Source of the DNA: Candidatus Altimarinota bacterium | Lineage (GTDB): Bacteria; Patescibacteriota; Gracilibacteria; UBA4473 | Reading direction: 5' to 3' | Length of the DNA stretch: 64,000 bases | NCBI GenBank assembly: GCA_965231215.1 | Contig: OZ246423.1 | Coordinates: 384,001 to 448,000, forward strand | Shown here: positions 40,987 through 50,788 of the stretch, one piece after another | How the letters are laid out: every line of letters starts with the position of its first letter | Position numbering within the stretch: position 1 is the first letter of the stretch | Notes under the pieces: model-generated | The model's input: the letters and a program-made list of their open reading frames with translations, nothing else | Databases searched by the model: none | Told to the model about the DNA's origin: nothing | Program-made: the position numbers and the translations under genes

Positions 40987-41148
40987 TTAGTATAAGACGT
41001 CTTGAGCGTCTTGAGAGAGTTCAAATGGAGCTGGGGTTTCAGCTGAAGGCACTACAGTGTTGTAATACCGGAACTTCTGAAATGCCAAAATGGCGCCCAC
41101 AAGGCCTAGAACCACCACAATACCGATTATCATTTTTTTGTTTTTCAT
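40987..41148 (-). CDS. Small single-pass membrane protein (53 aa, below the ORF-track cutoff)
   Basis: MKNKKMIIGIVVVLGLVGAILAFQKFRYYNTVVPSAETPAPFELSQDAQDVLY*, directly upstream of the surface protein. Confidence 0.65.
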   Translation of the reverse strand: MKNKKMIIGIVVVLGLVGAILAFQKFRYYNTVVPSAETPAPFELSQDAQDVLY

Positions 41149-41303
41149 TGGATCAACATTAATTTTTCCAAATCATACCATGATATCACAGTTTAGTAAC
41201 AATTGCAAGTTCCTAAATTTTGTGGTATTATAGACAGAATACAAAAGAACATATACTTATTTAAATAAATTGGCAATTTTGTCAAACAAAAACACAGAAA
41301 ACA

Positions 41304-44135
41304 ATGAAATTTATATTTTGGCAAGATATTAAAAAGAAAAACACTAAATGGGTTTACCAACAACCCCTTGGTGCTCCAGAACAACCCTTAAACAATCCTA
41401 AAAATGAACTTTTAGATAAAACGCAGAATGAGCTTAAGGCCCTAGGTGATCAAGCCCTTGAAGGCCTTAAAGACAAATCTCCTGATGAGCAGTATTCGTT
41501 TTTATTACATAGTATTAGTGAACCAGCTGAAAGGCTACAAAAAATCGCTGCTAAAGTAGATATTTCTGTCTTAAACCGATTAGCTTTAGAAAAGGCACAA
41601 ATAGCAACAACTCTATTTGCTAATAGACTAAATGGTTTCCTCCCAAAATTAAGTCATGAAGCTCAAGCTTCTCTCATGAAACAAACTCCAACTGAACAAA
41701 GAATAACCCAAAATATCAGTGATGAAGCCGTAAATATTTGTTTTGAAGCCAATTCAAGGGTATTCCTTTCGAATCAAGATATATATCATCTCATCCCTCG
41801 TTTAAGTATCGGTAATCAAAATTTAGTTTTAAAAGAAGTAGTTGGACATGGCAGAGATATTAAAGCAAACATAGTTGAAAACATACAAGAATCTATACTC
41901 GTAAGATTTGTAAGAGATAGCCGGGAGGAGGCTTTAAAACTGCTATCTATTCCTTATGGAGACGGCTACAGAATTGATTTTCTTGATAATGACGTTCTAG
42001 AACGAAATATATCTGCCATGGATATGTATGATTCTAGCGTAAAGTTTTTAAAGAAAGACAACGTAACCTATGTAAGAACCCCTGGAGGGTATAGAGCCAT
42101 TATTTCAGATAAATGGGATTTCGGTATTGCCCTGATTTCTCAGACTCAAGCCGAAATCGGGGAAAAAATGGCAATTGTCACCGGTAGTACTATTAGTACT
42201 CTCACTGACCCAGAAGAAATAGCTAATGCTGAAATGGCTCTTAGAAAAGCCCAAGAAAACCCCCCAGCAAGAATCAAAGATGAATCTTACAATCCTTCTT
42301 TCTTTGAAATGACTAAACCTGAAAATGTCAAAAAAGCAGAAGAAATGGAAGCTAACCGGAGAATCAATGCTAGTACAGCACTAGATTGGAAAAGCTACAT
42401 AGACACAACGCTGCTCCCCTCTCTCGAAGAGAGTAAAGATATCTCTGAAGAACTAAAATTAAAAATAAAAGGACTTGTTCATACCCTTAAAGTAGATATC
42501 GATAGTGATAAAAATGCAGATAAAACCCTTGATAATGGAGACTATATTGTGAGCCTAGGAAAAATATTCCAAAACTACTTAGCTACTTTTAGTAAAACAG
42601 CTGAAGATTCAGGGCTATCAAAAGAAAAACAATCAGAACTATTTAAAAATTCAGCTCGAAACCTAGAAGATTTTGTGGCTCATAGAAAAGAAATTCAATC
42701 TCAATTAGCCTCGCAAAACGCTCAAGAAATTATCGCTCTTTTTGGTGATAGTTTAAGTGTAAAACAGATAGAAACTATTCTTCAAGAAACTGACAACCTA
42801 GGCGCAGGAGTAGAATGGACAGAAGAAAGATTCCAAGAAATTTTATCCAAAGCTCAAGCCCAAAATCCTGAAAACGGCCCAAAACTATTTAAACTGCTAA
42901 AACAAAGATTAGCCAACAATATTGATATAGCCGGAACCAAAGGAGTAGAAACTATGATTAAACATGGAAAAGAAAGAGAAGCTTTTCTCAACAACCCAAG
43001 CATCAATGCTATGATGGAAAAATCTCATTGGTTCAGAGAAGGTTTTAAAGAATGTTTAGACGGGCCAATGAGTATAAACCTTGAAAAAGTTAAACAATGG
43101 CGAGCCCGTATTGTAGAAAAAATTGCATCACTAGAAGCAGAAATTGCTAAAGGAGAAAAGACAAAAGAAGATCCTGAGGAATACCGAATTATCATAGCCG
43201 AAATTGATAAGATAACTTCAAAATATAGTGAAATCAAAAAACGCCATAAAGATGAAGAAGTTTCAATAGCTGAAGATATTAGAGCCAGAAGTCAGTTTTA
43301 TAAAGAAAATATTCTTCCGCTATCAGAAACATTTTCTGTGCCTAAGGAAGCCCCCTCAGCAGCCGCTTCAAGAGCCAGAGAATTCTGGGGAGGTGTTGAA
43401 AAAAAGGCAGCAATACACAGAAAAAATCTAGAACTCTTAGCTAAAAATCCTGATTACAAAAATCTAAATCCTGAGCAACAAGAATCTATGCGGCAAGCCG
43501 TCTTGATGGGCGATGCTCTAGAAATGAGTAGTTCTCAGGTAAGCAATTTTATTAGCATCGTCAATGAAAACAAAGGGAATGTCCCTAAAAATTTAGACAT
43601 TGTTGGCGTTTCTAAAGATGGAAAAAATCTTATTATAGCCGACGGAAACAACCAAACTTTTAAATTTATCACCAGCAGGAACACCCTAATTCACACCTCA
43701 CTTGCCAACAGCCCTAATCCAAAACAATTTGAAGTTCCCAAAAATGAAATCGGAAGTGCACAATTTACTTACAAATTCTTTTCTGGTTTTATGGGAATAG
43801 GAAAAGACCAACGAGCAGCTGTAGACAATATGCGACGCATTGGTGGTCGGACCTGGCCTATAATGCTCGAAGAACTTCTCGGACAAGATGCGCGAAATAA
43901 TATGACAGGCAAAGAACTAGATCGTAGTTACCATTTGGGAGCACAACTTAAAGGTCTAACTCCACCAAAAACACCTGCCGAATTCTTTGAAGCTTTATTA
44001 GGAACAAAAGCTGACGGAACCGTAAACCAAAACGAAGCCGGAAGAAAAATGAAGCAAGGTCAGTTCTATAAAATTTGGAGAGCTAGTGAAAACCTTGCTC
44101 CAAGTCAGCCACTCCAAGACTTATTTAAAGAATAA
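41304..44135 (+). CDS. Large helical hypothetical protein (paralog A)
   Basis: 943-aa ORF; C-terminal ~150 aa homologous to 44201-46336. Confidence 0.8.
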   Translation: MKFIFWQDIKKKNTKWVYQQPLGAPEQPLNNPKNELLDKTQNELKALGDQALEGLKDKSPDEQYSFLLHSISEPAERLQKIAAKVDISVLNRLALEKAQIATTLFANRLNGFLPKLSHEAQASLMKQTPTEQRITQNISDEAVNICFEANSRVFLSNQDIYHLIPRLSIGNQNLVLKEVVGHGRDIKANIVENIQESILVRFVRDSREEALKLLSIPYGDGYRIDFLDNDVLERNISAMDMYDSSVKFLKKDNVTYVRTPGGYRAIISDKWDFGIALISQTQAEIGEKMAIVTGSTISTLTDPEEIANAEMALRKAQENPPARIKDESYNPSFFEMTKPENVKKAEEMEANRRINASTALDWKSYIDTTLLPSLEESKDISEELKLKIKGLVHTLKVDIDSDKNADKTLDNGDYIVSLGKIFQNYLATFSKTAEDSGLSKEKQSELFKNSARNLEDFVAHRKEIQSQLASQNAQEIIALFGDSLSVKQIETILQETDNLGAGVEWTEERFQEILSKAQAQNPENGPKLFKLLKQRLANNIDIAGTKGVETMIKHGKEREAFLNNPSINAMMEKSHWFREGFKECLDGPMSINLEKVKQWRARIVEKIASLEAEIAKGEKTKEDPEEYRIIIAEIDKITSKYSEIKKRHKDEEVSIAEDIRARSQFYKENILPLSETFSVPKEAPSAAASRAREFWGGVEKKAAIHRKNLELLAKNPDYKNLNPEQQESMRQAVLMGDALEMSSSQVSNFISIVNENKGNVPKNLDIVGVSKDGKNLIIADGNNQTFKFITSRNTLIHTSLANSPNPKQFEVPKNEIGSAQFTYKFFSGFMGIGKDQRAAVDNMRRIGGRTWPIMLEELLGQDARNNMTGKELDRSYHLGAQLKGLTPPKTPAEFFEALLGTKADGTVNQNEAGRKMKQGQFYKIWRASENLAPSQPLQDLFKE

Positions 44136-44200
44136 TTAAATTATTCTCCTCCATTGTTTTATCTTTCCTTCTGTGATACAATGATGGGAATTTTTATGGG

Positions 44201-46336
44201 ATGAAAGCGCTTAAATCAACCCCAAACCTGCTAGTTGAATCCAAATTCTGCTGGAATTTACCCCCCCCAGGAGGAGATATCCCTACAGGTGGAGAAACCG
44301 TAGAAAATACCAAAGCCAATAAACCACCTGAAACCATTGTAGGGTTAGCTAAAGCTAGAGCTGAAAGACCAGACGATGCTCAAATCAAAGCAAAACTAGA
44401 TAACTGCATACACTCTAAAATAAAAGAATTATGTGAAAACCCTCCAATTGATCCTCAAAGTGTAGAGTCTCTTAAAGGTGAGATTCAAACCGCAATGGCC
44501 GAAAATCCAACCATTGCCGGCGAACTCAATGGACACATCAAGACTATTCAGGTAATGGTAAAAGATGAAAAGGGAGGAGCAGCTGTTCAAGTAGCTAGTA
44601 CTGATCCATCTATTGGTGTATCCAATCCTCCTCAAGCAAAAGAGGCTGGAGATCAAAAAACAACCGACCCAGGAATAGAAACTACTACAGCCCCAGCTGA
44701 AGGAAACGGTATTTATGAAAGTTTAAACGGAGGCGAAAGCTATCAAGTAACTATCTTGAAAAGGCAGGCTCAGGAAACTACTGAAAAAATTTCTGAAAAT
44801 AGAGACCAATTTGAATCAATAGTAAAAGGGATGAAGGGCGTAAGCCCTGAAGCAAGACAAAAAATTATGGAAAGAGTTAAAGAATTAGAATTTAACCCAG
44901 AAAGATTAACCGACCCAGAAAAATATAGGGAGCTAATCATCAACTCTGTACAAGGGTTAAGTCCAAAAGAAATGAAATCCATACGGGAAAATTCTGCATT
45001 TATGCAAGCCCTAGATGCAAGATTCCCGCTGATCCAAAAAAGGTACGAAATAAGAAGTAAAATAGCCAAAGAACAAGCCCAACAAGAAGGAGCAGATTCA
45101 GCCCGAAACCTCATTAAAGAGGCTGATTCAGAATTCATGAAAGGCATAATCAATGAGGAAACGTACGCCGCTTTAGTAGACGTAAATTGTGCTCTTCATG
45201 ATCCAGCACAGCTCATTACCAATATAGATCAAGCTATTACAGACGTATCAAAAGCCAAGCCACAATTCGGCCCTGATATGAATACTGATAGGCATGATAT
45301 TATAGCTTTTAACAATAAGAGGGAACTCTTACTTTCGCAGTTAAAAAAAGCAAAGAAAAGACTGACAGAATTAAAAGCTATTGATGATGATAGTAAAAGA
45401 AAAGTTGAAGCTACAGAAACGGTTTCCGAATCTGTTGATACAGAAATAGAAAGAATCGAAAACAACGACAATGTAAGAGGCGCCTATCATCAAATAGCTA
45501 ACTCTGAAGTAGTAAAACAAACCGGTTCTGCTGGAAAACAAGTAACCCAATTTTTAGCCCTCCCAGATAAGCAGCTTACCCCTGAAAACGTTGAAAGGGT
45601 AATGAAGGTCGCTAACGACCCTACATTCATTAATGCATCAGAGCAAGAGCGTGAAAATATTTTTGCTGAAAGAATAGGGCAAAAATTGTATCAAGAAATT
45701 CAAGAGGCTAATCCAAAATTCAAAAACAGCCCAGATAATTATCAAAGAGCTTTGAGCTTTGGGAAACTCCATGGCAACGGAAATGAAGTAACACCCACAG
45801 AAGACCCAGAAGTCTTTAACGTTAAAATTGAAGGTCAAAATTATCACCTTGATACCGGTGATAACACCATTATTCATACAGATCTAGCTGAATCTGAAAA
45901 CGCCGATTACTTCAAAGTCCCTTCTGATGAATTGGGAAGTGCTCAATTTACCAAAGAATTCCTTACCGGATTCATGGGGATAGGTAGAAGTAAGCGAACC
46001 GCCATGAAACAAGTCAGAGCCATTGGAGGAGGCGACTGGGATATTATTCTCAGGAATGCTATTGGACTAAGAGCTTTCAAAAATTTAGGCAAACTAGAAA
46101 AGATCAAAGCTTTTAATTTTGGAAAAGCGCTCAGAGACGCCAAAAAAACACCTCGAGAACTATTCATCACACTGCTTGGAGAAGACATAGATAGTTCAGC
46201 CAACCAAGGAAATGCTGGCAATTCAGAACATTTTGAAAATTTAAAACGAACAAATAGGGCTCTAAAAGGGCACCCCACTATTTTAAATCTCTGGCAAAAC
46301 GGAGGACAAGGAGTAGAAAATGTGTTTAAAAAATAA
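44201..46336 (+). CDS. Large helical hypothetical protein (paralog B)
   Basis: 711-aa ORF; shares NTxIHTxLA...GSAQFT..F..GFMGIG...IGG..W. Confidence 0.8.
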   Translation: MKALKSTPNLLVESKFCWNLPPPGGDIPTGGETVENTKANKPPETIVGLAKARAERPDDAQIKAKLDNCIHSKIKELCENPPIDPQSVESLKGEIQTAMAENPTIAGELNGHIKTIQVMVKDEKGGAAVQVASTDPSIGVSNPPQAKEAGDQKTTDPGIETTTAPAEGNGIYESLNGGESYQVTILKRQAQETTEKISENRDQFESIVKGMKGVSPEARQKIMERVKELEFNPERLTDPEKYRELIINSVQGLSPKEMKSIRENSAFMQALDARFPLIQKRYEIRSKIAKEQAQQEGADSARNLIKEADSEFMKGIINEETYAALVDVNCALHDPAQLITNIDQAITDVSKAKPQFGPDMNTDRHDIIAFNNKRELLLSQLKKAKKRLTELKAIDDDSKRKVEATETVSESVDTEIERIENNDNVRGAYHQIANSEVVKQTGSAGKQVTQFLALPDKQLTPENVERVMKVANDPTFINASEQERENIFAERIGQKLYQEIQEANPKFKNSPDNYQRALSFGKLHGNGNEVTPTEDPEVFNVKIEGQNYHLDTGDNTIIHTDLAESENADYFKVPSDELGSAQFTKEFLTGFMGIGRSKRTAMKQVRAIGGGDWDIILRNAIGLRAFKNLGKLEKIKAFNFGKALRDAKKTPRELFITLLGEDIDSSANQGNAGNSEHFENLKRTNRALKGHPTILNLWQNGGQGVENVFKK

Positions 46337-46362
46337 AAATCCAAAATAGAGAAATAATTAGT

Positions 46363-46389
46363 TTAGCACTCACTTGATTTGTTTGCTAA
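46363..46389 (+). promoter_or_regulatory. CIRCE element (HrcA operator)
   Basis: TTAGCACTC-N9-GTTTGCTAA (consensus TTAGCACTC-N9-GAGTGCTAA) upstream of dnaJ. Confidence 0.85.
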
Positions 46390-46424
46390 AAATAAGTACT
46401 CTCAAAAGGTCTTAAATATTTTTG

Positions 46425-47480
46425 ATGTCCGAAAGTCCATATGAAATTTTAGGCGTATCTAAAAACGCTAGCAAAGCCGATATTAAAAAAGCTTTTAGAG
46501 AAAAGGCCAAAAAACACCATCCAGATAAAGGCGGTGATGAAGCCACCTTTAAAAAAATTAACCAAGCCTACGAAATTTTAGGCGACGACCAAAAGCGAGC
46601 TCAATATGACCAATTCGGCTCTATGGGTGGCAGACCTGGTGGAATGGGCGGCGGTTTCCAGGGACAAAATGTAAATTTTGATTTTGGAGGGGCTGACTTT
46701 GAAGATATTTTTTCTAGTTTCTTTGGAGGGGTTTCTGGACGTACTCAAGCCCGAAACCAAGAAAACTATCAAAAAGGAGCCGACCTAGAAGTAGACATTG
46801 AAATCAGCTTTGAAGATTCGGTTAAAGGCAAAACGGAAAAACTCACGGCCCGACGCTACAAGACCTGTGATAAATGTAACGGTAAAGGGGGAGAAGGTGA
46901 AAAAACCTGTCCTACCTGTAACGGTTCAGGATACGCTACCAAGCAATTTCAAACACCCTTTGGAGTCGCTCAACAAAGAACCACCTGTGGCACCTGTCAC
47001 GGTACGGGAAAAACCTTTGAAAACTTATGCAAAAAATGCGCTGGAGAAGGTCGAATTGAAGAAAAAACTACTATTGAAATAAACATCCCCGCTGGAATAG
47101 AGCACGGTATGACCCTCCGTCTCCGAGGAGAAGGCGACGCAGGAAAAAACGGAGGACCCGCTGGAGATCTGTATGTACATGTAAGTGTTCCGCCTTCAAG
47201 GGAATTTAGTCGTGAAGGGTTACACCTCACCACTACCTTAGAAGTGCCGATTCTCGAAGCCATTACCGGTACAGAGAAAGAAGTGAAAACCTTTTGGGAA
47301 AAGACTACTATTACCATCCCTGAAAAAACCCAAGACGGCCAAATCCTCAGAATTAAAGGAGAAGGCATAAAACGTGATGGACAAATCGGAGACCATCTCG
47401 TAAAAGTGGTACACCAAATGCCAAAAAAGATCAGTTCCAAACTAAAGGCAAAATTAGAAGAAGCTCAAAAGCTAACTTAA
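46425..47480 (+). CDS. dnaJ: Chaperone DnaJ
   Basis: HPD J-domain, G/F region, four CxxCxGxG repeats. Confidence 0.97.
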   Translation: MSESPYEILGVSKNASKADIKKAFREKAKKHHPDKGGDEATFKKINQAYEILGDDQKRAQYDQFGSMGGRPGGMGGGFQGQNVNFDFGGADFEDIFSSFFGGVSGRTQARNQENYQKGADLEVDIEISFEDSVKGKTEKLTARRYKTCDKCNGKGGEGEKTCPTCNGSGYATKQFQTPFGVAQQRTTCGTCHGTGKTFENLCKKCAGEGRIEEKTTIEINIPAGIEHGMTLRLRGEGDAGKNGGPAGDLYVHVSVPPSREFSREGLHLTTTLEVPILEAITGTEKEVKTFWEKTTITIPEKTQDGQILRIKGEGIKRDGQIGDHLVKVVHQMPKKISSKLKAKLEEAQKLT

Positions 47481-47504
47481 AGTAAAACCTAAAATTCCCC
47501 TTTT

Positions 47505-47662
47505 CTCTAAATTTATCAATAAAAACCGATAATATTTCGTCAAAAAGGGAACTCTCTGAGCGCAGCGAGTTTTGGCTTTTCAGAAAATAAATCGAGATTT
47601 TATATAAATTTAAGACCAGGGGGCCCTTTTTTGGCTCGTTTTTTGGCTACGCAAAAAATGAA
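47505..47662. repeat. MITE/REP-like intergenic element
   Basis: TAAATTTAT...ATAAATTTA outer IR, central CTGAGCGCAGCGAGTTT, terminal GGCCCTTTTTTGGCTCGTTTTTTGGCTACGCAAAAAATGAAC hairpin. Confidence 0.5.
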
Positions 47663-47673
47663 CCATACCCTAA

Positions 47674-47817
47674 CTAGCAGTTAAGCCCTTTAGCACGTAG
47701 TTCATCTCGCTTAGCTCGAGCTTTAGCTTTGTTAGCTCGTTTAGAAAGAGTACTTTTACGTCGGCGTTCGTTAATTTCGTGCCCTCCGTGTTGTTTAGCT
47801 GAACCTCGATTAGTCAT
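47674..47817 (-). CDS. Small basic protein (47 aa), not in the ORF track
   Basis: MTNRGSAKQHGGHEINERRRKSTLSKRANKAKARAKRDELRAKGLNC*; 15 K/R; strongly biased GCT/AAA/CGA/CGT codons; own promoter. Confidence 0.75.
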   Translation of the reverse strand: MTNRGSAKQHGGHEINERRRKSTLSKRANKAKARAKRDELRAKGLNC

Positions 47818-47842
47818 TAGTTTAAACTTAAAATCGATCCGC

Positions 47843-47870
47843 AATATATGGCTTTTACCGCGCCTGTCAA
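47843..47870 (-). promoter_or_regulatory. Sigma70-type promoter for the small basic protein
   Basis: TTGACA-16 nt-TATATT followed by GC-rich GCGG. Confidence 0.6.
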
Positions 47871-47992
47871 ATAATCATTAATCTAAGCCCCCTCAATCTG
47901 ATCAAAATGCTACCAGAATAAATTCCTATTGTTTGGTTGCCTTAGAAAAATTTCTTCAGTTTTTTAGCCAGGCAAAAAATAAACAGAATCCC

Positions 47993-48523
47993 CTACAGGA
48001 CATCCAAGAGTTTTTTACACCCTTCTTCAATAATTTTTGGAATCTGCTCCCTCTCTTCAGGTGTAAACTGTGAAAGCACAAAATCTTCAGTTCTAAAATA
48101 AGACCTGTTTTCATTAGAAATCCCAAACTTCAAACGTGCGAACTGATCAGTTCCGAGTACTTCAATGATATGTTCTAGCCCTTTCTGCCCACCAGAAGTT
48201 CCTCGTTCTCGAAATCTATGAGACCCAAAGTCTTGATCCAAATCATCTGAAATAATAAATAAATCCTCGATAGGAATCTTATAAAACCGCTGAATGGAAC
48301 CTACGGCCTGGCCACTCACATTCATAAAAGTCTGTGGCTTACACAAAATTATCTTTTCTCCGTCAATCTGTCCATAACTAACCACCGCATGAAACTTCTT
48401 TTCTAGCTTCCATTCAGAGAAATTAAATTTTTCCGCCAGAGCCTCTACCGCCATAAACCCAAAGTTATGACGAGTATTTCTATACTTTGGCGGATGATTT
48501 CCAAGACCCACAATTAAACGCAT
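47993..48523 (-). CDS. pth: Peptidyl-tRNA hydrolase
   Basis: LIVGLGN, TRHNFGF, KPQTFMNVSG, DDLD, FVLSQF. Confidence 0.95.
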   Translation of the reverse strand: MRLIVGLGNHPPKYRNTRHNFGFMAVEALAEKFNFSEWKLEKKFHAVVSYGQIDGEKIILCKPQTFMNVSGQAVGSIQRFYKIPIEDLFIISDDLDQDFGSHRFRERGTSGGQKGLEHIIEVLGTDQFARLKFGISNENRSYFRTEDFVLSQFTPEEREQIPKIIEEGCKKLLDVL

Positions 48524-48613
48524 CGTGTGAAATTTTAAAGTACTCACTCCAAACTTCAAACACCAAACTTGAATTTTAGAACACAAATTTGTAATTTAGG
48601 ATTCGATATACGA

Positions 48614-49033
48614 ATGTCTAACAACCGACAAAAAACTGAAGTCTATTCCCCTAAAAGCGTCATTTCTATGGTGTTGCTATTTTTTATTTTATTCTGGCTT
48701 CTCTACTCTATTGGAAGCTTTCTACATGAATCTAAAAAAATTCAGGATGAAATTGAAGCCATTCGCAAAACCAACGTAGAACTACAACAAGAAATAAAAA
48801 ACAAAGAGCAGCTACTGGCGTATCTCAAAACGCCTCAACGCATTGAAAAAGAAGCCAAAATGCAGATGGGCAAACGCCTCCCTGGTGAAAATGTAATTGT
48901 ACTCGTAGAAGAATCCCTTGATATTCTTCCCACCGAAGTTAAAAGACAGCGAGCCGAACGGATAAAACAAGTCCCTAATTGGGAAAAGTGGAAATGGCTA
49001 CTGCTTTCTCCCGAAAGAAAAATTATTTTTTAG
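48614..49033 (+). CDS. Septum formation initiator (DivIC/FtsB-like)
   Basis: TM, coiled coil, IEKEAK.MG..LPGE.VI. Confidence 0.8.
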   Translation: MSNNRQKTEVYSPKSVISMVLLFFILFWLLYSIGSFLHESKKIQDEIEAIRKTNVELQQEIKNKEQLLAYLKTPQRIEKEAKMQMGKRLPGENVIVLVEESLDILPTEVKRQRAERIKQVPNWEKWKWLLLSPERKIIF

Positions 49034-50711
49034 TTTTTGCCTTTGTGGCTTTTGCTTTCTTTGATTCTTTTTGAAAGTCTTTTTCACGCTGTAAAGCTAT
49101 CAAAATATTCCCCGCTAAAACCGCATGAAAAAACTGAGTTTTTGGGTTATAAACAATCTTAGTAACCACTCGTTCCGGCAAGTAAAGGCCCCCTAAAAGT
49201 GTGCCCTCTAAATCAATTTCTCGAACACATCCATCATTTGAACCAAAAAAGATAGTATCCCCAATTAAATTTGGTTGTGAAAGGATTCTCCCAATAGTCT
49301 TCACCCTTTTTACCAGTTCATTTTTTTGAAGATCATAGATATAGAGATGCTTATCACAGCCTCCTATGTATACCCGGTCCTTAATAACTGTAGGCGTACT
49401 GTAGAGCGCATAATTAGTTTTGTATCTAAAATTTTCTTCCCCAGAATCCAAATCAATTCCATAAATATGCCAATCAAACGAAGGCACAATGACTTGGTTT
49501 CTTTTAACATCAAAAGCCACACTCGCCTTGCTTTCTCCTTCCATTTGAAACTCCCACTGAAAATCTCCATTGCGTGCATTAAAACACAAGGCCGTTTTGT
49601 CATTTGTCCCTACTACAACTAATTTTTTCTCTGGACAATACGCTGGGGTCCCATGCAAATAATGACGCAGAAAAAATTCCCAGACTTTTTCGCCAGTTTC
49701 TAAATCCAACGCCACCAGTGAGCCCTGATTATCATACACATTATGCTCAAGCCCAACAAAGGCCAACCCAAGATCTTCAGCTATAGCTGGTGATGAGCCA
49801 ACATAATCAGCTTCACTAAACTCCCAGATACTTTTCCCCGTTTTTCGATCCAAGTTATAAACAGTCCCATCATAAGCTCCAAAAATAACCCCATCCCCAT
49901 AAATAGCCGGACTTGAAAAAATACCTTTGATAGATTCTCCTGTCTGACGCTCCCACACTTTTTTTCCCGTTTTCTGATTTATGGCATAAAAGTAACCATT
50001 ATCAGCCCCATAATAAATATTCTTATCGTCAAAAATGGGATTAGAACGAGGAATAATAATGGCAAAATTAGGGTATGGAGGTTCATATATCCAGCGAGTA
50101 ACGAGGGTAGGTTCGGTCGGAAAAATAGGTTCATTTCCTCCTAAACACAGACCAAAATCATCCAGGTTAAAGAGCGCCTTTAGTTTTACCTTGAGCTCTT
50201 TTTTTAAGTATTTGTCTACGCCTTTTCTCTGAAAATCAACAAATACAAAAACACGGCTTACTTTTTTCTTTTCTTGTTCAACTGCCGCAACAACCCGTCC
50301 AATAGAGCCCCCTGAATTAATCAAATCATCTACCACTACTATTGGATCATCCGTAAGAGTCCCTTCAATCTGTTTGCAAAGCCCGGCTTTTTTACGGCTT
50401 TTTCGTACAATAAATCCATTTACATCATACCCTCGCATCTTCCCTTTCATCAAAATACCAGCCACCAGTGGAATAGCCCCTACTTCTAACCCCCCTACTT
50501 GAAAAGGCCAGGCCTCTTCCATCTCATCCCAAAAAACTTCCGTTATTAAATCCAAATCTTTCGTCGTCACAAAAAGGCGACGCATATCAAAAAGCCAACC
50601 ACATTTAGTCCCATCCTTATGTCGTATAATTTCTTCAGTCTCATCAGAAAAACAAAGTGCTTTATCTTTTATTAAATTAAATAATTCCGACCTTTTTTTA
50701 CTTTTTGACAT
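49023..50711 (-). CDS. OPRTase-like phosphoribosyltransferase fused to a PQQ-like beta-propeller
   Basis: GGLEVGAIP, FIVRKSRK, VVVDDLINSGGS; repeated SSPA.../ALDLETGEKVW blades. Confidence 0.85.
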   Translation of the reverse strand: MSKSKKRSELFNLIKDKALCFSDETEEIIRHKDGTKCGWLFDMRRLFVTTKDLDLITEVFWDEMEEAWPFQVGGLEVGAIPLVAGILMKGKMRGYDVNGFIVRKSRKKAGLCKQIEGTLTDDPIVVVDDLINSGGSIGRVVAAVEQEKKKVSRVFVFVDFQRKGVDKYLKKELKVKLKALFNLDDFGLCLGGNEPIFPTEPTLVTRWIYEPPYPNFAIIIPRSNPIFDDKNIYYGADNGYFYAINQKTGKKVWERQTGESIKGIFSSPAIYGDGVIFGAYDGTVYNLDRKTGKSIWEFSEADYVGSSPAIAEDLGLAFVGLEHNVYDNQGSLVALDLETGEKVWEFFLRHYLHGTPAYCPEKKLVVVGTNDKTALCFNARNGDFQWEFQMEGESKASVAFDVKRNQVIVPSFDWHIYGIDLDSGEENFRYKTNYALYSTPTVIKDRVYIGGCDKHLYIYDLQKNELVKRVKTIGRILSQPNLIGDTIFFGSNDGCVREIDLEGTLLGGLYLPERVVTKIVYNPKTQFFHAVLAGNILIALQREKDFQKESKKAKATKAKTKK

Positions 50712-50788
50712 GTGGGTCTAATGGTAAAAATTTTTTTTTAATTTGTACAACCAGAAACTAGTCAATTCTGTTATATACAACAAAAAAT

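Noticed and set aside
47674-47817. Ribosomal protein bL34 (rpmH)
   Set aside because: Size and charge fit, but the KRT(F/Y)QP and HGFRxRM signatures are absent
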